Assembly: GCF_000186885.1 (NCBI RefSeq)
Contig: NC_014972.1
Location: 2,580,001-2,612,000 of the forward strand
Length of the DNA stretch: 32,000 nucleotides
DNA from: Desulfobulbus propionicus DSM 2032
Lineage (GTDB): Bacteria > Desulfobacterota > Desulfobulbia > Desulfobulbales > Desulfobulbaceae
Direction of reading: 5' to 3'
In this document: positions 24,362 through 32,000 of the stretch, in pieces
Numbering within the stretch: the first letter of the stretch is position 1
Layout: each line of letters begins with the position of its first letter
Position numbers and translations under genes: made by a program
The notes under the pieces: generated by a model
The model's database searches: none
What the model saw: only the letters and a program-made list of their open reading frames with translations
Told to the model about the DNA's origin: nothing

Positions 24362-25825
24362 TTATTTCTTCACTTCCCAGGTGGTGCCCTCCGGGCTGTC
24401 CTTGAGCACGATCCGATGCTCCAAGAGATAATCGCGCACCTCGTCGGAGGTCGACCAATCCTTGGCGGCCCGGGCCTGGTTGCGTTTCGTGATCAGGCCG
24501 TTGATCGTTTCTTCGTCCAAGTCGATCCCGGCCAGAATCTTGGCCCTGTTGCCGGCTACCACTTCGGCTGGATTTCGCTGGACCAGACCGAGCACGCCGG
24601 CCAGCTCGCGGAACTCGGCCGCTGTGGTCCGCAGCAGGTTGAGGTCCGCGGCAGCCGGCCGCTCCGGCAGGGTGCGCAGAACCTTGTTGAGAAGTTTGAC
24701 CGTGTCGAACAGATGGGCTAGGGCCTGGGCAGTGTTGAAGTCGTTGTCCATGGCCTGATGAAAACGGTCGACAAGCGATGCCAACGCCGTGCGGTCCTTG
24801 TCGGTGATGACCGAAGCCCCCTCCGTTCCCTCGGCGGGCAGGTCTTCCACCTGTGCCAGGCATTCGTACATCCGCTCCAGGCCCGCGCGGGCATCGTGCA
24901 GGGCGGTTTCGGTGAAATCGAGGGGATTGCGGTACTGGGTGGAAAAGATAAACAGCCGCAGCACCTCTGGCTCATACTGCTTGAGCACGTCGCGGATGGT
25001 GAGGAAATTGCCCAGCGATTTGGACATTTTTTCCTCCTTGATGGTGACGAATCCGTGATGCATCCACAGGTTGGCAAAGGGTTTGCCCGAGGCGCCGCAG
25101 CTTTGGGCGATCTCGTTTTCGTGATGGGGAAAGACCAAGTCCTTGCCGCCGCCGTGGATGTCGAAGGTTTCCCCGAGGTACTTGCGGCTCATGGCCGAGC
25201 ATTCGATATGCCACCCCGGCCGTCCCTCGCCCCAGGGGCTGGGCCACTTCGGCTCTCCGGGCTTGGCCGCTTTCCACAGGACAAAATCCATGGGATGTTC
25301 TTTCTTGTCGTTGACCTCCACCCGGGCCCCGGCCTGCATGTCGGCCAAACCGCGGCCAGAGAGCTGGCCGTAGCCGACAAACCGCTCGACCCGAAAATAG
25401 ACGTCCCCATCCGCAGGATACGCCATGCCTTTGTCGATCAGGTCCTCGATCAGGCCGATCATTTCCGGAATGTGTTCGGTGGCCTTGGGCTCAAGGTCGG
25501 GCCGCAGGGTGCCGAGTGCATCCATATCGGTGTAAAATTCGTTAATAAACCGCAGGGCCAGGCTGGCACTGTCGATCCCCTGCTCGTTGGCCCGATTGAT
25601 GATCTTATCGTCAATATCGGTGAAATTTCGAACAAAAGTCACTTTGTAGCCACGATGACGCAGGTAACGGACCACCATGTCGAACACCAGAGCGGAGCGC
25701 GCATGGCCGATATGGCAGTAGTCGTAAGAGGTAATGCCGCAGACGTAGAGTTTGACATGGCCCTCTTCCAGGGGTTGCAGGATCTCCTTGCGGCGGCTGA
25801 GGGTATTGTAGATTCTGATCGACAT
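24362..25825 (-). CDS. cysS: Cysteine--tRNA ligase
   Basis: 487 aa. MSIRIYNTLSRRKE, the HIGH-type motif CGITSYDYCHIGHARS and KMSKSLGN, with overall class-I CysRS collinearity. Confidence 0.95.
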   Translation of the reverse strand: MSIRIYNTLSRRKEILQPLEEGHVKLYVCGITSYDYCHIGHARSALVFDMVVRYLRHRGYKVTFVRNFTDIDDKIINRANEQGIDSASLALRFINEFYTDMDALGTLRPDLEPKATEHIPEMIGLIEDLIDKGMAYPADGDVYFRVERFVGYGQLSGRGLADMQAGARVEVNDKKEHPMDFVLWKAAKPGEPKWPSPWGEGRPGWHIECSAMSRKYLGETFDIHGGGKDLVFPHHENEIAQSCGASGKPFANLWMHHGFVTIKEEKMSKSLGNFLTIRDVLKQYEPEVLRLFIFSTQYRNPLDFTETALHDARAGLERMYECLAQVEDLPAEGTEGASVITDKDRTALASLVDRFHQAMDNDFNTAQALAHLFDTVKLLNKVLRTLPERPAAADLNLLRTTAAEFRELAGVLGLVQRNPAEVVAGNRAKILAGIDLDEETINGLITKRNQARAAKDWSTSDEVRDYLLEHRIVLKDSPEGTTWEVKK

Positions 25826-25908
25826 CTGTGTTTCCGATGGGTTGAGACATGAGAGGGGGGTCGAATTGAAAGGTATAATGTACTACACCCTCGAGGAAAC
25901 GCACAATA

Positions 25909-27138
25909 TTATTGCGCATCCTGGCGATATTGTGCCGCCACCAGCGGCAGGAGCAGCAGGCCGGGCACGGCGGCCAGGGTGCAACCGAGAAAAAACAGCG
26001 GCCAGCCCACGGATTCGGCCATCCAACCGGCCGGCGCGGCGATGATCACCCGCGGAATGCCCATGCAACTGGAAAGAAGGGCATACTGGGTGGCGGTAAA
26101 TCGTTTGTTGGTCAAGGACGCCATGTAGGCCACATAGGCGCTGGTACCCATGCCGCTGGTCAACTGTTCAAGAACAATGGCGATTGCCAGGCCGACAACC
26201 GTGTTGCCCATCAGGGCCAGCGCGGAAAAACTGAGGATGGCCACCGCCTGGAGGATGCCGAACACCCACAGGCTGCGGATAATCCCGGCGCGGAGCAGAA
26301 TCGCCCCGCCAACCAGGCCGCCGGCGATCGCCGACCAGAAGCCGAACAGCTTGGCCACCGCGCCGATCTGGGTCTTGCTGAACCCCAGGGCGAGATAAAA
26401 AGGGGTGGTCATGGTCGAGGCCATCTGGTCGCCGATTTTGTACAGAAGGATGAACAAGAGCAGTACCAGGGCATGATCACGGCGGAAATACTCGACAAAG
26501 GGTTCCACGATCGCCTCGCGGAAGGTGCCGGGCATGCCCTTGGTCATTGGCGGTTCCCGGCAGAGCAGCGTGGTGCCCACCCCCACCAGCAACGAGGCCG
26601 CCATCAGCGCGTAGACCTGGGAAAAGGCAAGATAATCCGCCAGAATCAAACCGCCGCTGCCGGCGAGCAGCATGCCCAGACGATAGCCGTTGACGTAGAG
26701 CGAACTGCCCAGGCCCAGCTGATGGTCGCTGAGATCTTCCCGCCGGTAGGCATCGATGACGATGTCCTGCGAGGCGGAAAAAAACGTGACAACAAAGGCC
26801 GCCAGGGCCACCAGCCAAGGAGTCTGCCCCGGATCGGTCAACCCCAAGGCCACCAGGGCGACAATCAGGGTCAGCTGCGTCACCAGCATCCAGCCGCGAC
26901 GGCGGCCGAAAAAGGGCAAGGTATAGCGGTCGAACACCGGCGCCCAGAGAAACTTGAGGGTATAGGGCAGCCCCACCAGCGAATAGAGGCCGATCACCGA
27001 CAGATCGACTCCCTGCTCGGTCATCCAGGCCTGAAGCACGGAAGAGGTGAGGAGCAACGGCACGCCGCAGGCAAATCCCATGAGAAAGGCGACCAGCATG
27101 CGCGGCGAGAAGATTTCACGAGACAAGTGGACATTCAT
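25909..27138 (-). CDS. ampG: AmpG-family muropeptide MFS transporter
   Basis: The start is trimmed to ATG 27138 (MNVHLSREIFSPRML). GFACGVPLLLTSSVLQAWMTEQGVDLSVIGLYSLVGLPYTLKFLWAPVFDRY is the AmpG signature. It is polytopic throughout. Confidence 0.85.
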   Translation of the reverse strand: MNVHLSREIFSPRMLVAFLMGFACGVPLLLTSSVLQAWMTEQGVDLSVIGLYSLVGLPYTLKFLWAPVFDRYTLPFFGRRRGWMLVTQLTLIVALVALGLTDPGQTPWLVALAAFVVTFFSASQDIVIDAYRREDLSDHQLGLGSSLYVNGYRLGMLLAGSGGLILADYLAFSQVYALMAASLLVGVGTTLLCREPPMTKGMPGTFREAIVEPFVEYFRRDHALVLLLFILLYKIGDQMASTMTTPFYLALGFSKTQIGAVAKLFGFWSAIAGGLVGGAILLRAGIIRSLWVFGILQAVAILSFSALALMGNTVVGLAIAIVLEQLTSGMGTSAYVAYMASLTNKRFTATQYALLSSCMGIPRVIIAAPAGWMAESVGWPLFFLGCTLAAVPGLLLLPLVAAQYRQDAQ

Positions 27139-27261
27139 GTTCAATCCTGGAAAGGGGATGCGGAAAAAGGCCTCTTCTTCTACCACAATCATCCTGTTTG
27201 CACAGAACAAATCGTCCTGGCCTCCGGCGACCACGACACGGGCAGAGAGGGACTGGAAATG

Positions 27262-28392
27262 TTATCGGGGCGCAAACGGCTGATACAGCGGATCGCCGAT
27301 CAACACCATCTGCCAGGAAAGAAACGGCAGACTGACCAAATAGCTTTCGGCCACGCCGAGATAGCCATCGGCCAGGGTGGAAAAAAACAGCTCCGGCGGG
27401 GGAAAGGCCTGGACATAGGGTTCGTAGACCGGACCGATGGTCACGGCTGCCCCGTCCTCGAGCATCCGTTTGCACCAGACCTGCGCATCCTTCTGTTTGA
27501 GGGTGGAGCATTCGCTGCTGGCAATATGATAGCCGATGGCGCCCCGAACCCAGGTAAAGGCATCCACATAGCGCCCCAGACTGTACCAGCCGCTGTACAG
27601 GGCGGTTTGCGGGCAATCGCCGGGTTGCAAGAGGGCATCGCCGTCGTCAAGCCGCACCGTGGACATGCGCTTGCTGGCACGGATGCGTTCGGCGGCGGCG
27701 TGGATCGAGGCATCGTACAGGGCGTAGCCGCTGAGAGTGCTCGCCGCAGGCTTGGGCCAGCGGGCGTCAAAACAGGCCTGGCCCCGTAGCCCCTCCTTTT
27801 CCGCGAAGAGAGCGTCATCGATCAATCGCCGGACGGTTTGCGTGTCCGGTCCGTCCAAACGGCTGACCATCAGCACCAGATCCCGCTTCAACGGGCCCTG
27901 TTGCTGACGGAATCCCATAAAATAGGGATTGGGCAGCCATCCCTCGAGCGGATAGTCGCCGGCCAGCACCAACGCCAGTTCGGAATCGACCGCCGCCCGG
28001 GAATCCATCCGAACCTTCTGAGCTGTCTCCGTTTCCTCGGACTCCAGCGGCCGAATCGCCAGCGGCACGCCGTACATCGTCACCAGGCAACGAATCCGCC
28101 GATCCTTGCCCAAACGGATCAGCCCCTGGCGCACCGGCTCACGAATCGCTTGGTTGTATTCCTGCCGCGAGCACTGCTCGTTCTGGGTGGTGCCGACGCG
28201 CACCAGATGATCCAGGGGAATCTGCCGCCGCCGCATGTAGTACTCGGCCAGTTCCAGGCTGCCCCTAGCCCTGGCGTTGGCGACCACCACGATTTCGTTC
28301 GGCGCGAGGGCGTGAACGGCCATGGGCATGAAGACCACCCACGCCAAGAGAAGAAAAATTTTTACCGGTTTTTGACTGGCGCCCTGTTCCAT
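27262..28392 (-). CDS. Secreted hypothetical protein, probably TIGR03790 family
   Basis: The start is trimmed to ATG 28392. The signal peptide is KPVKIFLLLAWVVFMPMAVHA|LAP. After cleavage, NEIVVVANARARGSLELAEYYMRRRQIP matches my recollection of the TIGR03790 N-terminal motif. The family assignment is from memory, not a search. Confidence 0.6.
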   Translation of the reverse strand: MEQGASQKPVKIFLLLAWVVFMPMAVHALAPNEIVVVANARARGSLELAEYYMRRRQIPLDHLVRVGTTQNEQCSRQEYNQAIREPVRQGLIRLGKDRRIRCLVTMYGVPLAIRPLESEETETAQKVRMDSRAAVDSELALVLAGDYPLEGWLPNPYFMGFRQQQGPLKRDLVLMVSRLDGPDTQTVRRLIDDALFAEKEGLRGQACFDARWPKPAASTLSGYALYDASIHAAAERIRASKRMSTVRLDDGDALLQPGDCPQTALYSGWYSLGRYVDAFTWVRGAIGYHIASSECSTLKQKDAQVWCKRMLEDGAAVTIGPVYEPYVQAFPPPELFFSTLADGYLGVAESYLVSLPFLSWQMVLIGDPLYQPFAPR

Positions 28393-28456
28393 GACAACGT
28401 ATGGTGTGTCTCGTCTTACTGGCAAAAAAGAGGTTCCACGATAGAGGAAAGCAACA

Positions 28457-29563
28457 GTGATTGACAAGGAGAATACGGCAGAAATCGCCGACTTTCAACA
28501 ACGGCTGCTCCACTGGTTCGAGGCCCATCAGCGTCCCCTGCCCTGGCGGGCGACCTATGATCCCTACCATGTGTGGATCTCGGAAATCATGGGCCAGCAA
28601 ACCCAGATGGAACGGGTCGCCCTCTATTTCACGCGCTGGATTGACCAATTCCCCGACATCGCCGCTGTGGCCGAGGCCGAGGAGCAGGCCATCCTCAAGG
28701 CTTGGGAAGGATTGGGCTACTACAGCCGGGCGCGCAACATCCAACGCACGGCCAGACTATTGCTCGCAGACGGCAAACCGGAGATTCCGCAGGACACTCA
28801 GCAACTGCTCAAGCTGCCCGGCATCGGCCCCTACACCGCTGCCGCCATCCTGTCCATCGCCTTCAACCTGCCGCATCCGCTCCGCGACGCCAATGTCGAA
28901 CGGCTGTTTGCCCGCCTGGCCGATATCGATCGCCCGCTCAAGCAGCGCCCGACGCAGCACCGGCTGGCCGTGCTGGCCGAGCGGCTTCTCGACCGGGAAA
29001 ATCCCCGTAACTATAACCAGGCCCTGATGGAACTGGGAGCGCTGGTCTGCACCCCGAAGAAGCCGGCCTGCACCGCCTGCCCGGTCCAGATCCACTGCCG
29101 CGCCCATCGGGCCGACACCGTGGAATTTCGGCCGCTGCCCACGGACAAACAGCGGAAGATCGACATCACCATGGCCTGTGGCATTCTTCGCCACGGCTCG
29201 CGTTACTTCATCCAGCAGCGCTTGCCCGATGATATCTGGGGCGGCCTGTGGGAGTTTCCCGGCGGACGGCTGGAAGAAGGAGAAACGCCCGAACGGGCGG
29301 CCCTGCGCGAAATCGAGGAAGAAACCGGTTGGCAAATGGACGCACTCACCCCTTTTTCCACCGTGGTGCATCACTACACCCGCTACCGGGTCACGCTGCA
29401 CGGCTTTGCCGGGATTCTTCCCCCGTCCGCGGCAGCCCCTCGATTGACCGCCGCCAGCCAGTATGCCTGGGTTTCCCTGGCACAACTCTCGGACTACCCC
29501 TTTCCCGCCGGACACCGCCAGCTGGTCAGGGCCCTGCAGAATGGGAATTTTTCCGGACAATAG
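28457..29563 (+). CDS. mutY: A/G-specific adenine DNA glycosylase MutY (HhH-GPD + FeS cluster loop + NUDIX-like C-terminal domain)
   Basis: GTG start with a GAGGA SD. LLHWFEAHQRPLPWR, WISEIMGQQTQ, GLGYYSRARN, LPGIGPYTAAAI, the 4-Cys cluster C-x6-C-x2-C-x5-C (CTPKKPACTACPVQIHC), and the C-terminal GLWEFPGG NUDIX-like fold. Confidence 0.93.
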   Translation: MIDKENTAEIADFQQRLLHWFEAHQRPLPWRATYDPYHVWISEIMGQQTQMERVALYFTRWIDQFPDIAAVAEAEEQAILKAWEGLGYYSRARNIQRTARLLLADGKPEIPQDTQQLLKLPGIGPYTAAAILSIAFNLPHPLRDANVERLFARLADIDRPLKQRPTQHRLAVLAERLLDRENPRNYNQALMELGALVCTPKKPACTACPVQIHCRAHRADTVEFRPLPTDKQRKIDITMACGILRHGSRYFIQQRLPDDIWGGLWEFPGGRLEEGETPERAALREIEEETGWQMDALTPFSTVVHHYTRYRVTLHGFAGILPPSAAAPRLTAASQYAWVSLAQLSDYPFPAGHRQLVRALQNGNFSGQ

Positions 29564-29755
29564 CCACCGCCTCCGAAAAAATATTTTCCACGAAATTTCA
29601 GCGAGTTTTCTTTCAAACAGCAAAAAAATACGTTTTCTCGGAAAAAAAATTGTGCTCTCCAGCCGAGAATGTTACCTTATTTCAACAATTGCCGTTCCCC
29701 AATCTTCAACCTGGCCTACCCCCACGTGTCAAACAAGAATGTGACAGTGTCAAAC

Positions 29756-31246
29756 ATGCAGGAAGAGGTGCATCGTCTCAGCACCAACTGGCGAACCCTG
29801 CTTGACGCCATGCCGGAGATGGTTTTTCTGCTCCGTGAGACGGGTGAAGTCGAATACATGAACCGCAGCGCCAAGGGCTGTTTCGGCTTTCCGTGCGGAG
29901 GGCGCGCGACAACCTGCCTGCGCGAGGTGAGCCAGCAGTGCGGAACGATCCTCAACGATGCCGACGATTGCGACGCGACCGAACAAGGACGGGTGACGGA
30001 AACCCTGATCGACACCACGCCGGTTGAGTATTCTTCCGTGCCTTTTGTCGGCTATACCGGTGAAAAATTGATCATGCTGGTGATGCGCGATATCACCCAG
30101 CGTAAAAATTTCGAACGGGAACTGTTGCAGTTCAACACCAGTATCGAAACCATTCTCCAGCAGAAAATCAGCGAGTTACAGGCCAGCGAGGAAACACGGA
30201 TACGGCTCTCCCGTCAGGTCAACAGCCTCAAGACCCAATTGGGCTTTCACCACAAGGCAGACCAGATGGTCGGTCGCAGCCGCAAAATGCGCGAACTGCG
30301 GGAAATGATCCATCAGGTCGCCGGATCGGACGCCACCATCCTCATCACCGGCGAATCGGGAACCGGCAAGGAACTGGTGGCCAACTTGCTCAAGGCCACC
30401 AGCCAGCGGGAAGACAAGCCCTTCCTCAAGATCAACTGTAACGCCATCAACGATTCACTGCTGGAGGCCGATCTGTTCGGGTACGAGAAGGGAGCCTTCA
30501 CCGGGGCCACCGCCCGCAAGGTCGGCAAATTCGAAGTGGTCGACGGCGGCACCATTTTTCTTGACGAGATCGGCGACATCAGCCCCCGGATGCAGGTTTC
30601 CCTGTTGCGAGTGCTGCAGAACGGCGAGATCATCCGGGTCGGCGGCAACGAACCGATCAAGGTCGATGTCCGGGTAATCGCGGCCACCAACGTCGATTTG
30701 GCCCAGGCGGTCAAGGACAAGAAATTTCGGCTCGATCTCTATTACCGCCTCAACATCATCAATATCGACATCCCGCCACTGCGGGAGCGGAAGGAAGACA
30801 TCGTCGAGCTCGTTTCCTTCTTCGTCAACCACTACCGCGAGGCCTTCAAGAAGGAGATCGATTTCGTGCCCAAATCGATCATCAACCGCCTGCTGGCCCA
30901 CGACTGGCCGGGCAATGTCCGCGAACTGGAGAATTTGATCCAACGGGCGGTGCTCATGGCCAAAGGGAAGATGATCACCGAGGCGGACCTGATTTTCGAC
31001 CAGGATCCGCGCATCGAGCAGCAGCGGGTCGACACCTTCAACATCGACGACAAGCTCGGCGCCTTGCCGTTGAAAGCCATCGTGGCCGATTTCGAGGCGG
31101 CCATCATCCATCGCGCCCTAGACAAATACAACGGCAACGTGTCCACCGCCGCCACCCAGCTCAAACTCGGCAAGACCGCCCTGTACGACAAGATGAAACA
31201 GCACGGCATCTCGGCCAAGCACATCAAGCAAAGCAAAAGAAACTGA
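29756..31246 (+). CDS. PAS-domain sigma-54-dependent transcriptional activator (PAS + AAA+ + Fis HTH; no receiver)
   Basis: The PAS region is WRTLLDAMPEMVFLLRETGEVEYMN...MLVMRDITQRK. The AAA+ motifs are GESGTGKELVANLL, GAFTGA and GTIFLDEIGDI. The HTH is STAATQLKLGKTALYDKMK. The start is uncertain: ATG 29756 is used here, and the ORF track gives 29669. Confidence 0.9.
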   Translation: MQEEVHRLSTNWRTLLDAMPEMVFLLRETGEVEYMNRSAKGCFGFPCGGRATTCLREVSQQCGTILNDADDCDATEQGRVTETLIDTTPVEYSSVPFVGYTGEKLIMLVMRDITQRKNFERELLQFNTSIETILQQKISELQASEETRIRLSRQVNSLKTQLGFHHKADQMVGRSRKMRELREMIHQVAGSDATILITGESGTGKELVANLLKATSQREDKPFLKINCNAINDSLLEADLFGYEKGAFTGATARKVGKFEVVDGGTIFLDEIGDISPRMQVSLLRVLQNGEIIRVGGNEPIKVDVRVIAATNVDLAQAVKDKKFRLDLYYRLNIINIDIPPLRERKEDIVELVSFFVNHYREAFKKEIDFVPKSIINRLLAHDWPGNVRELENLIQRAVLMAKGKMITEADLIFDQDPRIEQQRVDTFNIDDKLGALPLKAIVADFEAAIIHRALDKYNGNVSTAATQLKLGKTALYDKMKQHGISAKHIKQSKRN

Positions 31247-31363
31247 GCAAACAAAGACGAATTTTCTTCCGTTTCCCCTGCTGACCGCCCTGCTCTTCCT
31301 CCCAGGGTTTCCCCTCTTTTCTTTCTTGCCAGCCGCACTTATTTTTAACGCAAGAGCGATTGA

Positions 31364-31390
31364 GCCGCCACAAAGTGGTGGCGCTGTTTT
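31364..31390 (+). terminator. Candidate Rho-independent terminator after the PAS sigma-54 activator
   Basis: GCCGCCAC-AAA-GTGGTGGC (8 bp including one G-U) followed by GCTGTTTT, about 117 nt after the stop. Confidence 0.45.
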
Positions 31391-31435
31391 CAACCCTCTT
31401 TTCAGCGCATGTCCCTCTCCCAAGCGAGGTGTCCC

Positions 31436-31861
31436 ATGACCGCATCCATCTTTACCTTTCTTGAGCAAATCGGCTTCACTCACCCGTTGCATCCCGGCCT
31501 GACCCATCTTCCCATGGGCATGGTCATGGGCTGTTTTTTCTTCAGCCTCGTGGCCTGGTTGGGCAAAAAGCCGGAGTTCAACCGCACCGCCCTGCACTGT
31601 GCGGCGCTCGGCCTGGTGTTCGTCGTGCCCACGGTGATTGCCGGCCTGCTCGACTGGCTGCACCGCTACGGGGGACAGATGCAGCCGCTGATCATCACCA
31701 AGATGGTCCTGGCGGCCCTGCTGCCGCTGCTGCTCGCCTGGGCCATCCGGCTCCACCACACCGCCGCCAAGGAAAACATGCTTGTCCTGGCCTATAGCCT
31801 CTGCCTGGCATGCGCCATCGGCCTTGGCTTTGCCGGCGGGGAACTGGTGTACGGCGGCTGA
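31436..31861 (+). CDS. DUF2231-family integral membrane protein
   Basis: ATG 31436 with a GAGGTG SD. THPLHPGLTHLPMGMVMG is the DUF2231 N-terminal motif, and about four TM helices follow. Confidence 0.75.
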   Translation: MTASIFTFLEQIGFTHPLHPGLTHLPMGMVMGCFFFSLVAWLGKKPEFNRTALHCAALGLVFVVPTVIAGLLDWLHRYGGQMQPLIITKMVLAALLPLLLAWAIRLHHTAAKENMLVLAYSLCLACAIGLGFAGGELVYGG

Positions 31862-32000
31862 CCCCCCTGCTCCCCTGCTTGCCCCTGCAGCGGCACCACA
31901 AGGGGAACCTTTTTCCGAGTAGTGCCCGACCAGACCCGAGAAGCAACGATCAGAACAGAAGAAATTCCTTGAACTGGCCGCGCAGGCAATGATGTGATGC

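Noticed and set aside
25874-25879. Perfect TATAAT hexamer on the plus strand between cysS and ampG.
   Set aside because: There is no acceptable -35 element at 16-18 nt, and every gene for several kb downstream is on the minus strand. It is probably a chance hit in a short AT-richer spacer.
1-32000. Scan for CRISPR arrays, rRNA, tmRNA, RNase P or SRP RNA signatures, long tandem repeats, and integrase, toxin-antitoxin or reverse-transcriptase genes.
   Set aside because: I recognised none by eye. Only short hairpins and 10-16-nt repeats are present, as listed. Without covariance-model searches, small structured RNAs cannot be excluded.

Overview
GC-rich (about 60%) bacterial chromosomal segment. 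The gene content (several sigma-54 enhancer-binding proteins, a PocR/multi-PAS hybrid kinase, HDAC and CBS genes) suggests a Desulfobacterota-like ('deltaproteobacterial') genome, but that is inference only. I support 21 protein genes, one tRNA and one intact IS element.

Layout, left to right:
- (-) AcuB-like CBS protein and an HDAC-family deacetylase.
- An AT-rich regulatory island.
- (+) An uncharacterised Cys-rich operon (coiled-coil DUF2325 protein plus a small STAS-like protein with a CCGRCRDCSCHG tail), then a COG1067 Lon-like protease.
- (-) Mut7-C/PIN-like RNase with a ubiquitin-like N-terminus, and UspA.
- (+) A secreted Cys-rich protein.
- (-) A 12-kb signalling block: NtrC-type sigma-54 response regulator, CheA with two CheW domains and a REC domain, CheW, MCP, and a 1608-aa PocR + 8xPAS hybrid histidine kinase.
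- An IS4-family element inserted 7 bp upstream of the regulator's start codon and directly beside the tRNA-Gln terminators.
- (-) tRNA-Gln(CTG), Memo-like AmmeMemoRadiSam protein B, cysS, ampG and a secreted TIGR03790-like protein.
- (+) mutY, a PAS sigma-54 activator and a DUF2231 membrane protein.

The most interesting candidates are:
- the DUF2325/STAS-like Cys-rich operon;
- the Che-like pathway, which lacks CheB/CheR/CheY and appears wired to a sigma-54 activator, like M. xanthus Che3/CrdA;
- the IS insertion, which leaves the regulator with no room for a native promoter.

There are no CRISPR arrays, rRNA genes or recognisable defence islands. Many long antisense ORFs are GC-driven shadow ORFs.
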